NCBI RefSeq assembly: GCF_963921235.1
Contig: NC_086097.1
Span: forward strand, 250,668,001 to 250,732,000
Origin: Mobula hypostoma
Lineage: Eukaryota
Length of the DNA: 64,000 bases
Direction: 5' to 3'
Program-made: the position numbers and the translations under genes
Notes under the pieces: model-generated
What the model was told of the DNA's origin: nothing
Seen by the model: only the letters and a program-made list of their open reading frames with translations
Databases searched by the model: none
Shown here: one piece after another, positions 51,576 to 63,016 of the stretch
How positions within the stretch are numbered: the stretch's first letter is position 1
Layout of the letters: the number at the start of each line of letters is the position of its first letter

Positions 51576-51643
51576 CATCTTCCTCCCAAAAGAAAAGATC
51601 ATTTAGCTTTATTTGTCACATGTACATTGAACAATACAGGAAA
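50181..51643. repeat. long inverted repeat: arms 50181-50722 and 51112-51643, 389-bp spacer
   Basis: mirror ORFs 50508..50777 (-) / 51122..51316 (+) and 50147..50359 (-) / 51465..51686 (+). Confidence 0.92.
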
Positions 51644-53344
51644 ATGCATTGCTTGCATCAAACCAAACCAGCAGGGGTTGTACTGAGCAGCCCGCTAGTG
51701 CCTCCACACTTTCAGTGCCAACAGAGCATGCCCATAATTCACTAATCCCAACCAGTATATCTTTGGACTGTGGGAGGAAACCAGATCACCCGGAGGAAAC
51801 CTACATGGTCATGGAGAGAACATGCAAACTCTTCCCAAACAGTGGCGGGAATTAAACCCAAGTTGCCGACGCTATAATGGCATTATGCTAACCGCCACAC
51901 TACCGAGCCTCCCATGTGCATTCAAGGTGATTCCAGAGGTGCAGAAGGGATACATGAACATTCAGTAAGAAATCAGAAGGGAATGTGGGGAGGAGGTCTT
52001 TATTCCAATGAAGTTAATCAGCAAAGTTTAGCTTAGGTTGGTGATACCATATCTGGGACTCTGACTGCAGGTTTTGTTATCTGCACCTAAAATCTGTATT
52101 TAAACCATAAGACAAAGGAGCAGAATTAGGCCATTCGGCCCATCAAGTCTGCTCTGCCATTCAATTTTAGCTGATTTATTATCTCTCTCAACCCCAGTCT
52201 TCTGCCTTCTTCCAGTAAACCTCTCAGCCCCTGACTAATCAAGAACACATCAACCACCACTTTAAACATATCCAAAGACTTGGCCCCCGCAGCTGCCTGT
52301 AGCAATGAGTTTCACAGATTCGCCACCCTCTGGATAATTAAATTCTGCTATCCCTGTTCTGAAGGGAAATCCTTGTATTCTGAGACTTGGCCCTCTGGTC
52401 CTAGACTCCCCCACTATAGGAAACATCCTCTCCACATGCGCCCTATCTAGGCCTTCAAATATTTAATAGATTCCCCCCGCCCGAACCCTCTCATTCTTTT
52501 AAACTCTAATGAGTACAGGTTGATAGGTTCTTGATTAATCGGAGTATCAAAGGTTTTGGGGAGAAGGCAGGAGAATGGGGTTGAGAGGGATAATAAATGA
52601 GCCATGATAGAATGGTGGAGCAGATGCAAGGGGCGAAATGGCCTCATTCTGCTCCTATATCTTATAGGAACAGGGCCATCAAACACTCCTCACACACGAA
52701 CCCTTTCATTCCCGGGATCATTCTTCACTGAGATTTAGTGCGAAACGGGCCCTTCCAGCCCTTTGAGCCGCACTGCCCGGCAATCCACCAACTTAATCCG
52801 AGCCTAATCACGGGACAATTTACAATCACCAATTGACATACCAACCAATACACCTTTGGACTGTGGGAGGAAACCAGAGCACTCTGAGGAAGCCCACGTG
52901 GTCATGGGGAGAACATACAAACTCCTTACAGGCAATGGTATGAATTAAACCTACTGTTAAGCATTGTTCATAAGAACATAAGAAATAGGAGCAGGAGTCG
53001 GCCATCCGGCCCATCAAGCCTGCCCCGCCATTCAATAAGATCATGGCTGATCTGAACATAAACTTAGCTCCATCTACCTGCCTTTTCCCCATAACCCTTA
53101 ATTCCCCTACTATGTAAAAATCTATGCAAAAATCAATTGTTCTAACCACTGCGTTGCTGGTGAACTTTCTCTGGACAAACTTCAATTCCAGTGCATCTTT
53201 TCTCAGGTAAGGGGCCCAAAACTGCTCACAGTACTCCAAGTGTTGTCTGACCAAAGCCTCAGCATTATATTCTCATCCTCTTGAAATGAATGCTAACATT
53301 TAGCTATGAGTTCTATTGCAACGTTAACAAAAAAGTCAACATAC

Positions 53345-53503
53345 CTTGTTCCGTAGTGGAGATGGCCCCGGTATCTTTATCGATCTGGAAAAGCAATACG
53401 TGATCTGTGCTGGGTACCTGCCGGGTGATGCTGTATTCAATTTTACCATTTGGAGTCTTGGGATCATCCAAATCTGTGGCCTTTACTTCCATGAAGGGCT
53501 TGC
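53345..53503 (-). CDS. cdh17: cadherin-17 coding exon (EC2): KPFMEVKATDLDDPKTPNGKIEYSITRQVPSTDHVLLFQIDKDTGAISTTEQ(G)
   Basis: 159 nt, phase 1-1; acceptor attcacag, donor gtatgt; ATDLDD-P-x-T-P-NG motif. Confidence 0.94.
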
Positions 53504-53574
53504 CTGTGAATATTAAAAAAATATCTTGGGCATCAGGCTCTATCGGTGCAAGCTGTTTGTCATATATTATAACA

Positions 53575-54146
53575 TGAGGAGAAACTTCTGAAATGCCCGC
53601 TTTGCTGCCACTGCTACTGTGTGGTAACCGGAATCTCTGGAGCAGAAGGCCCCGAATCCTCGGCTTTGCTTGTTTCGGCAGCCAGGGCTAGGTCAAAGGC
53701 GCTCGGCAGAGGATGGCACTCGGGAGGCTGTCTCAGAGAGGCTGGTCGGAGGCTCGAAGTTTTCAGACGGATGGACTCAGTGTCAGCTGTGGTCAGCTGC
53801 TTCCAAGGCATCGGCTGTTGTCGGCGCCCTGGAGGTTTATGGCAGGGAGTTTCTCCCTTTTGCCGCCTGCTATCGGGGACTCGGGAGTCGATCGGGACTT
53901 GAGACTTTTTTTTACTGTGCCCATGGTCTGTTCTTTATCAAATTATGGTATTGTTTTGCACTGCTGTAACTATATGTTATAATTATGTGGTTTTGTCAGT
54001 GTGGTTTTGTCAGGGTCAGTCTTTGGTCTGTCCTGTTTTCTGTGATATCACTCTGGAGGAACATTGTATCATTTCTTAATGCATGTATGCATTTCTAAAT
54101 GACAACAAAAGAGGACTGAGTGTTCTCATAATCTAATCTAATCTAA
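53575..54146 (+). mobile_element. diverged, 5'-truncated relative of the ~620 bp element
   Basis: shared 3' half and (ATCTA)n tail. Confidence 0.65.
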
Positions 54147-55621
54147 CTATAAACACAAGACATTCTGCAGATGCCGGAAATCCAGAGCAAAACACACACA
54201 CAACATTCTGGAAGAATTCAGTAAATCAGGGAACATCTATAGAGGGGAATGAACAGGTCAATGTTTTGGGCCAAAACCCTTCATCAGGTCTGGAAAGGAA
54301 GGGGGCAGAAGCCACATGAAAAGAGTAGAGGGAGGGGAAGAGAAGGTGATAGGGTGAGTCCAAGTGAAAAGGCGAAGGTAGGGCATATCTTTTTACAAAG
54401 AGTGTTGGGTGCCTGCAATGTGCTACCTAGAGTGGTGGTAAAGGCAGATGCATTCATGATTTTTAAGAGACGTTTAGATAGGCACAGGCATGTGAGGGAA
54501 ATGGAAAGATATGGACATTGTGTAAGCAGAGAGCATTAGTTAGGTTGTCCTTTTGATTACTAATTTCATTGGATCAGCACATTATGGGCTGAGGGGCCTG
54601 TTCCTGTGGAGGCTGTGCTCTACGTAGTGAGGTGGAGGAGGGGGTGAGGGGGAGGAAAAGGTATGGGGATACAAGAGATTCTACAGATGATGAAAATCCG
54701 CAAAATGCTGGAGGAACCCAGCAGGTCAGGCAGCATCTACAGAGGGGAATAAACAGTCGATGCTTCAGGCCGAGACCCTTCATCAGGACTGGAAAGGAAG
54801 GGGGGAAATGGTGGAAAAAGAAGGTGAGGGGAGGGGAAGGAGGACATGCTAGAAGGTGGTCGGTGAAACAAGAGGTGTGTTAATAAACACTAGAGATTCC
54901 TCAGATGCAAGTCCTGAGCGGCACACACAAAATGCTGGAGGAACTCAGTAGATCCAATAAAGAGTTGATGTTTTGAAACAAGATCCTTCTTCAGAACCTG
55001 AAAGAAGCCAGAATTAGAAGGTCGTACTCTATTATTTTGTTGTGGTCGTTTTAAAAAGCACCTGGCCATCGTTTTGATGTTTGAAATGGGGTTTACAGTC
55101 AGGATAGTTGAGAGAATGGCTTCTACTGGAGCTGGAAGTTCAGGTGCCACCAATAGTCTCTCCAGGCCCAGAGTCACTCTCTGGGCATAAGGAAACTGCA
55201 TGTGCAGAATTGAGACAGAAGGTAGGTATTATGTTCAAGATGGGGCATGCGAGTGTTGAGGATGATGGGGAGGGAGGAGTGGTTTTGGATCCAGGCTATC
55301 TGTACAGATAGGAGCCATATGTACTGCCCTGCTTAGTGAAATCACCAACCAGCTTCTTCGATTTGCTGGCCTTGAGGGAAAGCTTGTTGTCATGACATGG
55401 TGTCACTAAACTCTCCTGTACTCTGACTCATTGTTATTGGAGATATGGCCCAGTACAGCAGTGTCATCTGCAAACTTATAGGTGGAGATAGAGCCTCCCA
55501 GTCGAGAGTATTGAAGGAGCAGAGTAGGGAGACGGGGACACAGCTTTTCATCAAGGATAATCGTGCCAGAGGTGTTGCTGCACGTCCCTACTGATTGCAG
55601 TCTGTTGGTCAGGAAATCAAG

Positions 55622-55701
55622 CAGGGGTTCCCAACTTTTTTTATGCCATGGACCAATACCATTTAGCAAAGGGTCTATGGATCCCAGGTTGGGAATTCCT
55701 A
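55622..55701. mobile_element. 80-bp hAT-type MITE
   Basis: CAGGGGTTCCCAAC / GTTGGGAATTCCTA ends; degenerate 8-bp TSD AAATCAAG/AGATCAAC. Confidence 0.6.
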
Positions 55702-55781
55702 AGATCAACGATCCAGTTGCAGAGGGAGGTGTTGATTCGCAGGATCTGGTGTTTGGGTGATGAGTTTGCTTGCGATAATAG

Positions 55782-56137
55782 TGTGGTGTTCCGAGATGGG
55801 GGAGGGGTGCGTGGTGGACAGCCCACCCCAGAATTCCTAATGACCAGTGCTATTTATTGCTCTTGGGTTAAAATGCTTTTGTGGGATTTTGGTGGGATGT
55901 TCAAGTTCATTTATTGTTACATTTTAGATTGGGTTATACCGTTATTTACGTGTATGTTTGTGGCTCACCCTGACGGTAACCAGGGTGTGTGACAATCGCC
56001 TCCCCCATCTGTATGAGACTGAGGGGGTTCTCTCCCCGGGTCATAATGCCCGGATTGTTTTTGTGCTTGTCGCAATGAAAACAATTGTTGAGTTAACAGC
56101 TTCCTCATTTCTCATCATGGGCCGAATGCTCACCACA
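55782..56137. mobile_element. solo LTR (356 bp) inside a minus-strand Rex/Babar fragment
   Basis: perfect TGTGGTG/CACCACA termini, 4-bp TSD ATAG. Confidence 0.75.
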
Positions 56138-56738
56138 ATAGTGTTGAAGGCAGGACTGTAGTCGATAAACAATAATCTAACATACTGCCCAGGTATCCCA
56201 GAAATGAGTGTAGGGCCAGGGAGATGGTATCGTAGGTAAATTAGAGTAGGTCAAGGTTTTCTGGAAGGCTGAGGGTTAATATGTGCCATAACCAGCCTCT
56301 TAAAGCTTTCCCTCAATGTCAACAAATCAAAACAGCTGGTTAGTGACCAATACAGTTTGGCACCAGGCATCACAGGAAGTGCCAGTCAGCATCGAGCTCA
56401 ATGTACGACTGCCTTAGGGACTCCAGCTCTGCAATTTTCCTTCAGAGGATTTACTCCCAAAGCCTTCCCCATGAGTGGGTATAGGTGCAAAGCAGAGGAG
56501 GTTGGAGATCAGAGTTTTCCTTCTCCTAGACCAGCTGCCAGCCCACGGCTGCCGAGCCCCATCTGCCCGAAGCGACTGGTTCTAAGGTGCCAATGTAGCA
56601 ATGGTAAACTTCTCCTTTATTGTGTAGGTCGATGGGATGAGGCAGTTTAAATGGTTTAGCAAGGACTAGATGGGCTGAAGGGCCTGTTTCTGTGCTGCAC
56701 TTTTCTATGACACTATGACTCTATAAGATGATACATAC

Positions 56739-56877
56739 CTGGTCTGGAGTTCTGCCACACAACACTTTTGTACTCAGTTTCTGTAAACGTAGGCACATTG
56801 TCGTTGATATCTTCAATGACAATTGTCACTGTGACAGGTCCTTCAACTACCTTTTTCTCTGCATTGAGGCCTTCTAT
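56739..56877 (-). CDS. cdh17: cadherin-17 coding exon (EC1/EC2): IEGLNAEKKVVEGPVTVTIVIEDINDNVPTFTETEYKSVVWQNSRP(G)
   Basis: 139 nt, phase 0-1; acceptor tttgtatttag, donor gtatgt; DINDN-x-P motif. Confidence 0.94.
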
Positions 56878-57204
56878 CTAAATACAAAGAAACCAAATTA
56901 GTAATGATTAACCCAGTTTAATACATCTGTTGACCCAATGAATGATCGAAGTGAAGGTGGGGCAAGTCAAACTCCAACATTCCAACGTGCCTGCACTATT
57001 TGCCTTGGAGAAATGTCCACTTCAGCTCTAAGCTAAGCCAATAAAGTGCAGCAGCATCTCCACTTCCTGAGAAGATTAAGATGAGAGAGGGTTCCACCGC
57101 CCCCCAACCCCAACCCCGCTTCTATTCTAACTAATTTTTACAGGAGCATCATTGAGAGTGTCCTGACCAGCTGCATCACCGTCTGATACGGGAACTGCAA
57201 GACA

Positions 57205-57685
57205 TAGAGTCATATAAAACTACAGCACAGAAACAGGCCCTTTGGCCCATCTAGTCCATGCTGATCCATCTAAGCTACCTAGTCCCATCAGTCACCACCC
57301 GGATCATAGCCCTCCATGCCCCTATCATCCACGTACCTATCCAAACTTCTCTCAAACGTTGAAACCGAGCTCGCACGCACCACTTCCCCTGGCAGCTGGT
57401 TCCACACTCTCATGATCTTCTGAGCGAATAAGTTTCCCCTCGTGTTCCCCTTAAACATTTCACCTTTTACCCTTAACCCATGACCTCTGGTTGTAATCCC
57501 ATCCAACTCAATGGGAAAAAATACTGCTTGTATTTAGCCTATTTATACCCCTCATAATTTTGTATCTCTCTGTTATATCTCCCCTCAATCTTTTATGTTG
57601 CAAGGAATAAAATCCTAACCTATTCAATCTTTCCTTGTAACTCAGGTCTTCCAGACCCAGCAACATCCTTGTAAATTTTCTCTGT
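57205..57685 (-). mobile_element. degraded CR1 3' fragment
   Basis: ORF 57288..57506 TRGHGLRVKG...VWNQLP. Confidence 0.75.
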
Positions 57686-58123
57686 AAAAGCTGACCTCAA
57701 GTCCCTACGAGGAATTGCAGGGACTACTGTGACCATCACCAGGGTCTCTCTTCTACACACCTAGGATATTAATCAGGAACGCTGCAGATGCAGGCCTTCA
57801 GCACCACAATGATCCCTCCCATCCATCCAACCCCAACCGTCAGGCAGCAGGTACCGTAGCATTAGGACAAGAACTGTTAGGATAGGAAACAACTTCTTCC
57901 CCCAGGCTGTGAGACTACTGAACTCCCTGTCACCTCTCAGGTCTCATGACGTACGAAGCATCAGTACTGTTTACTTTTGAACATGTGTTGTAAATGCACC
58001 TTATTATTTGTTAATTTACTAGAGGTAATATTACCTTATGTCTTGTGTGTGTGCTTGATGTGTTCTGCGTTGTGCACCTTGGTCCAGAGGAACATTGTTT
58101 CGTTTATGTACAGGTAAATGACG

Positions 58124-58827
58124 TTTGGTGCTCCCGATGTGGCCTCCTATATATTGGCGAGACCCGATGCAGACTGGGAGATCGTTTTACTGAACACCTA
58201 CGCTTTGTCCGCCAGAGAAAGCAGGATCTCCCAGTGGCCACACGTTTTAATTCCACATCCCATTCTGATATGTCTATCCACAGCCTCCTCTACTGTAAAG
58301 ATGAAGCCACACTCAGGCTGGAGGAACAACACCTTATATTCCGTCTGGGTAGCCTTCAACCTGATGGCATGAACATTGACTTCTCTAACTTCCGCTAATG
58401 CCCCACCTCCCCCTCATACCCCATCTGTTATTTATTTATATACACATTCTTTCTCTCTCTCTCCTTTTTCCTCCCTCTGTCCCTCTGACTATACCCCTTG
58501 CCCATCCTCTGGGTTTTTTCCCCCTCCCGCTTTTCCTTCTCCCTGGGCCTCCTGTCCCATGATCCTCTCATATCCCTTTTGCCAATCACCTGTCCAGCTC
58601 TTGGCTCCATCCCTCCCCCTCCCGTCTTCTCCTATTATTTTGGATCTCCCCCTTCCCCTCTCAAATCTCTTACTAGCTCTTCTTTCAGTTAGTCCTGACG
58701 AAGGGTCTCAGCCCGAAACGTCGACTGTACCTCTTCCTAGAGATGCTGCCTGGCCTGCTGCGTTCACCAGCAACTTTGATGTGTGTTGCTTGAATTTCCA
58801 GCATCTGCAGAATTCCTCGTGTTTGCG
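58124..58827 (+). mobile_element. 5'-truncated Penelope-like element: GIY-YIG endonuclease C-part, 3' UTR, hammerhead
   Basis: WCSRCGLLYIGET...RFTEH...LEEQHLIFRLGSLQPDGMN; 12-bp TSD AGGTAAATGACG at 58112-58123 / 58828-58839. Confidence 0.9.
58691..58726 (+). ncRNA. minimal type I hammerhead ribozyme motif
   Basis: AGTC-CTGACGA-A-GGG tctcag CCC-GAAAC-GTC^-GACT: stem I AGTC/GACT, stem II GGG/CCC, loop-less palindromic stem III ACGT. Confidence 0.78.
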
Positions 58828-59910
58828 AGGTAAATGACGATATGTGCTGCCTGGCCTGCTGAGTTCCTAGAGCATTTTGTTTGGGTTATTTGGATTTCCA
58901 GCATCTGCAGATTTTCTCTTGTTCGTGATGGGGATAGTCAACATGGCTTTTTGTGGTAGGTCATGTCTGGCCAATCTTTGGAAGCTTGTCAAAGAATTTA
59001 CCAGGAAAGTACATGAAGGCAAGGCAGTGGATGTTTTCTCTGAACTTTAGCAAGGCATTTGACAGTGACCCACATGGGAGGCTGGTCAAGAAGGTTCAGT
59101 CACTCGACATTCGAGATGAGGTAGTAAATTGGATTAGACATTGGCTTTGTGAGAGAAGCTAGAGAGTGGTTGTAGATGGCTGCTTCTCTGACTGGAGGCC
59201 TGTGACTCGTAGTTTGCACAAGGATCGGTGTTGGGTCTGTTGTTGTTTGTCAGCTACAGTAGATGAATGGCCTGGATGATAATGAGGTAAATTAAACTGG
59301 AAAATTTGCGGATGACATCCAGATTGTGGGTGTTGTGGACAGTAGGTAGACTATCAGCAGGATCTGGATGGGTGGGAAAATGGCAGATGGAATTTAATGC
59401 AGACAAGAGTGAGGTGTTGCACTTTGAGAGGACAAACCAGGATAAGACTTGCGCGATTAGCGGTATGGTACTGAAAAGTACAGTAGACCAGAGGGATCTG
59501 GGAAGACAGATCCATTATGCCTTGAAAGTGGCATTACAGGTAGATAGAGTTGTTGGCATATTGGGCTTCAGAAATAAAATGAATGATGGGAAGTGATTCA
59601 AGTTGCCTGGAGATATAAATAATAGCAGAATGGCAAATTCAGTGAGTGTGTATGTTACATTCTCAGAGGAATGTAACGAATAAAGTGGATGTGGACAGGA
59701 TGTTTCCCACACTGACGAGTCTAGGACCAGAGGGCACAGCCTCAGAATGCAAAGATGTCCTTTTATAACAGTGATGAGAAGGAATATCTTTTGCCCGTGG
59801 GTGGCGAACTTGTGGAATTCATTGGTCTGAACAGCCGCGAAGGCCAAATCATTGGATATATTTAAAGGAGAGATTGATAGGGTCTTGATCAGTCAGGGTA
59901 TGAGATTAGG

Positions 59911-60327
59911 TTGAGTGAATTTGGCCTTTTCTCCTTGGAGCGACGGAGGATGAGAGGTGACCTGACAGAGGTGTATAAGGTGATGAGAGGCATTGATCGT
60001 GTGGATAGTCAGAGGCTTTTTCCCAGGGCTGAAATGGCTAGCACGAGAGGGCATAGTTTTAAGGTGCTTAGAAGTAGGTACAGAGGAGATGTCAGGGGCA
60101 AGTTTTTTTTAAGGCAGAGACTGGTGAGTGCGTGGAATGGGCTGCCGGCGATGATGGTGGAGGCAGATATGATAGGGTCTTTTAAGAGACTCCTGAATAG
60201 GTATATGGAGCTTGGAAAAATAGAGGACTATGGGTAACCCGAGGTAATTTCTAAAGTAAGTACATGTTCGGCACGGCATTGTGGGCCAAAGGGCCTGTAT
60301 TGTGCTGTAGGTTTTCTATGTTTCTAT
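59911..60327 (+). mobile_element. CR1 3' end (subfamily of 9170-10730)
   Basis: ORF 59911..60237; TTTCTATG tail. Confidence 0.85.
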
Positions 60328-60469
60328 GTGTCAGCAGTTATGAGAAGGCAAGAGAATGGGGTTGGAAGGGATAATAAGTCAGCCATGATGGAATGGTGGA
60401 GCAGACTCACTGGGCCGAATGGCCCAATTCTAAATTCTGCTCCTACCTCTTTATGTCTTTCCATTTTAC

Positions 60470-60607
60470 CTGTAAGGTGTATTCAGCTTGTTCTTCACGA
60501 TCCACCGATTTATTGAAATACAACCAGCCATCCTCTTCCATAAGTATTCTGTTATGGGTCTCACCAGCCATCCTAAATGACTTTACAACTTTGTTGGTTG
60601 GTTGAAA
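60470..60607 (-). CDS. cdh17: cadherin-17 coding exon (EC1): FQPTNKVVKSFRMAGETHNRILMEEDGWLYFNKSVDREEQAEYTLQ
   Basis: 138 nt, phase 0-0; acceptor ttttgttgtag, donor gtaaaa; DRE motif; not in ORF track. Confidence 0.92.
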
Positions 60608-60893
60608 CTACAACAAAAGGAAACGGTTTATATGACACAAGGTACAGACTTGTTACTTTGGCATCTGAAGTACTAATGACCAACATAGTCAAATCAAAGA
60701 TGACATTCTTACATTCAACACAAACCTACACTCAGTGCCCACTTTATTCATTACCTCTTGTATCTTATAAAGTGGCCACTGGGTGTATATTCTTGGTGTA
60801 CTTCTGTAACCCATCCATTTCAAGGTTCGATGTGTTGTACATTCAGATATGCTCTTCTCTACACTTCTATTGTAACACAGGTATTTGAGTTAC

Positions 60894-61172
60894 CAGCAAC
60901 ACACATCAAAATTGCTGGTGAACGCAGCAGGCTAGGCAGCATCTCTAGGAAGAGGTACAGTCGACATTTCGAGCCGAGACCCTTCGTCAGGACTAACTAA
61001 AAGAGGGCAAATCTCTTACTAGCTCATCATTCAGTTAGTCCTGACGAAGGGTCTCGGCCCGAAACGTCGACTGTACCTCTTCTTAGAGATGCTGCCTGGC
61101 CTGCTGTGTTCACCAGCAACTTTGATGTGTGTTGCTTGAATTTCCAGCATCTGCAGAATTCCTTGTATTTGC
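60894..61172. mobile_element. palindromic Penelope-end (hammerhead) mini-element
   Basis: hammerheads on both strands; 13-bp TSD GTATTTGAGTTAC at 60881-60893 / 61173-61185. Confidence 0.88.
61037..61072 (+). ncRNA. minimal type I hammerhead ribozyme motif
   Basis: AGTC-CTGACGA-A-GGG tctcgg CCC-GAAAC-GTC^-GACT. Confidence 0.78.
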
Positions 61173-63016
61173 GTATTTGAGTTACTGTTGTCTTCTTGTC
61201 AGTTTGAACCAATCTGGCCACTCTCCTCTGACATCTCTCATATCAAGCCATTTTCACCCACAGAACTGCAGCTGACTGGGTATTTTTTTTTGTATTTTGG
61301 CACCATTCTCTGTAAACTCTGAAAACTGTTGTGTGTGAAAATCCCAGATCAGCAGTTTCTGAGATACTCAAACCACCCCATCACACACCAGCAATCATTC
61401 CATGGTCAAAGTCACTTAGATCACATTTCTCCCCCTTTCTGATGTTTGGTGTGAACAACAACTGAACCGCTGGACCCTGTCTGCATGTTCTTTTATGCAT
61501 TGAGTTGCTGTCACATGATTGGCTGATTAGATATTTGCATTAACGAGCAGGTGTACAGGTGTACCTAATAAAGTGACCTCTGAGTGTAGATGTGTAAAGC
61601 AATTTGGCCAAGCTAGAATGGGAAACCAATTTTAAAACACAATAGCACATCAATAATGAAAGCAATTTAGGAAAACATATTTTTCAAGGATGTTGCCAGG
61701 ACTAGAAGGTCTGGGTAATGAGGAGGCCTTTTTTCCTTGGAATACAGGAGAATGAGGGTTGACCTTCCTGAGATGTTTAAAATTATGAGAGGCATTGATA
61801 AATTGGAGGATAAATCTTTTCCCCATGGCAGGGGAGTCCAAAACTAAGGGGCATAGATTTAATGTGAGAAAGGAATGATTTAAAAGAGACCTGGGGGGCA
61901 ACTTTTACACACAGAGAGCGGTGAGTATACAGACCGAGCTGCCAGAGGAACTGGGGCAGGTACAAATGTGTCATTTAAGAAGCATTTGGATGGGTACATT
62001 GTGGGGCAGGGCTTGGTAGGATACGGGCCGAATGCTGGAACTTGGGCACCATGGTCAGCATAAACTGGTTGGGCCTGGATAGCTCTGTGACTCTATAATT
62101 CCCAAACAATATACATTTCTTTGTGGAATAAAATATTTACAGATGAGTCCATTTGTTTAAAGTAGTATTGGATTAAAGAAAAAAGATTATAATATTACCA
62201 AAATGTTGAGTAAAGCAGAGGACTGGTATAATGTTAAATTTCAGGGAAATCTGATTGGTCTTGGAGTAGGTTAAACTGTCAGCACACCATTGCATCTTCC
62301 AATAAAATGGCAGCACAGTTGGTCACAGCGGCCCCTTCGGGTGCACAAATGGTTCAATTGTTTGTCTTAAACATACTTCTTGTGATATTGCAATGCTGTT
62401 GGACATTGGTAATGCAAAGTAATGCAAGTCCTGGGTTCATAGTTTCGTTGGTGAGACCGGCGGCGGGAAAGCAGCTCGGCCTCGGTTTTTGTGCGGACTA
62501 GGCCCCAGTGCTGCGGCGTTGCCCGTTACACCACCCAGCGAGGAGGCAGCACGGGTGCTGGGTTAGGGGCTGTTCCCCGCAGGCCAGTTCTCCCACTGGG
62601 GGATGCTTTCTCGCATTCGCTTCCTGGAAGATGAGCTGAATTGTTTCATCTGTGACTGGCCCAGCATGAGATGAAGAACTGCTGTGTGCTCGTTCTTGCA
62701 GAAACTTGGCTCCAGGACAACGTCGTAAGCACCATCATACTTCAGGTCATGTCTCTCAGGGAGTTGTGCTAATGTTATTTGTGACTCTACTGTTTGTGTT
62801 TCCCTAACCATATGTGCCGTGTATGACTGTACGTACCGTGTTTTGCACCCTGGCCCCAGAGGAACACAATTATGTTTGGCTGTCTCTATGTGTATGTTTG
62901 AACAACAATTAAACTTGAACTTGTAAAAGATCTGTACTGTGCTGTACTGTCCATTGTTCTATCAAGGAAGAGCAGAGTTTGAGAAACCAACAAAGGATAA
63001 TGAACCAACAAACAAA

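Larger units (their letters stand above)
3171..60607 (-). other. cdh17: cadherin-17 (LI-cadherin) gene, internal part: 10 coding exons covering cadherin repeats EC1 to the start of EC6; 5' and 3' exons lie outside the window
   Basis: Exons of 138,139,159,191,138,151,231,77,192,245 nt join in one open frame with GT-AG boundaries. The translation has cadherin motifs (DRE, DINDN, A-x-D-x-D) and segments I recall from CDH17 (VEGPV, QNSRPGKPF, ENLWK-x-P, FTGSS, NPEPLV). Confidence 0.93.
60729..61586. mobile_element. Tc1-like non-autonomous element, interrupted by a Penelope palindrome
   Basis: TA|CACTCAGTG(G/C)CCACTTTATT ... AATAAAGTGACCTCTGAGTG|TA. Confidence 0.55.
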
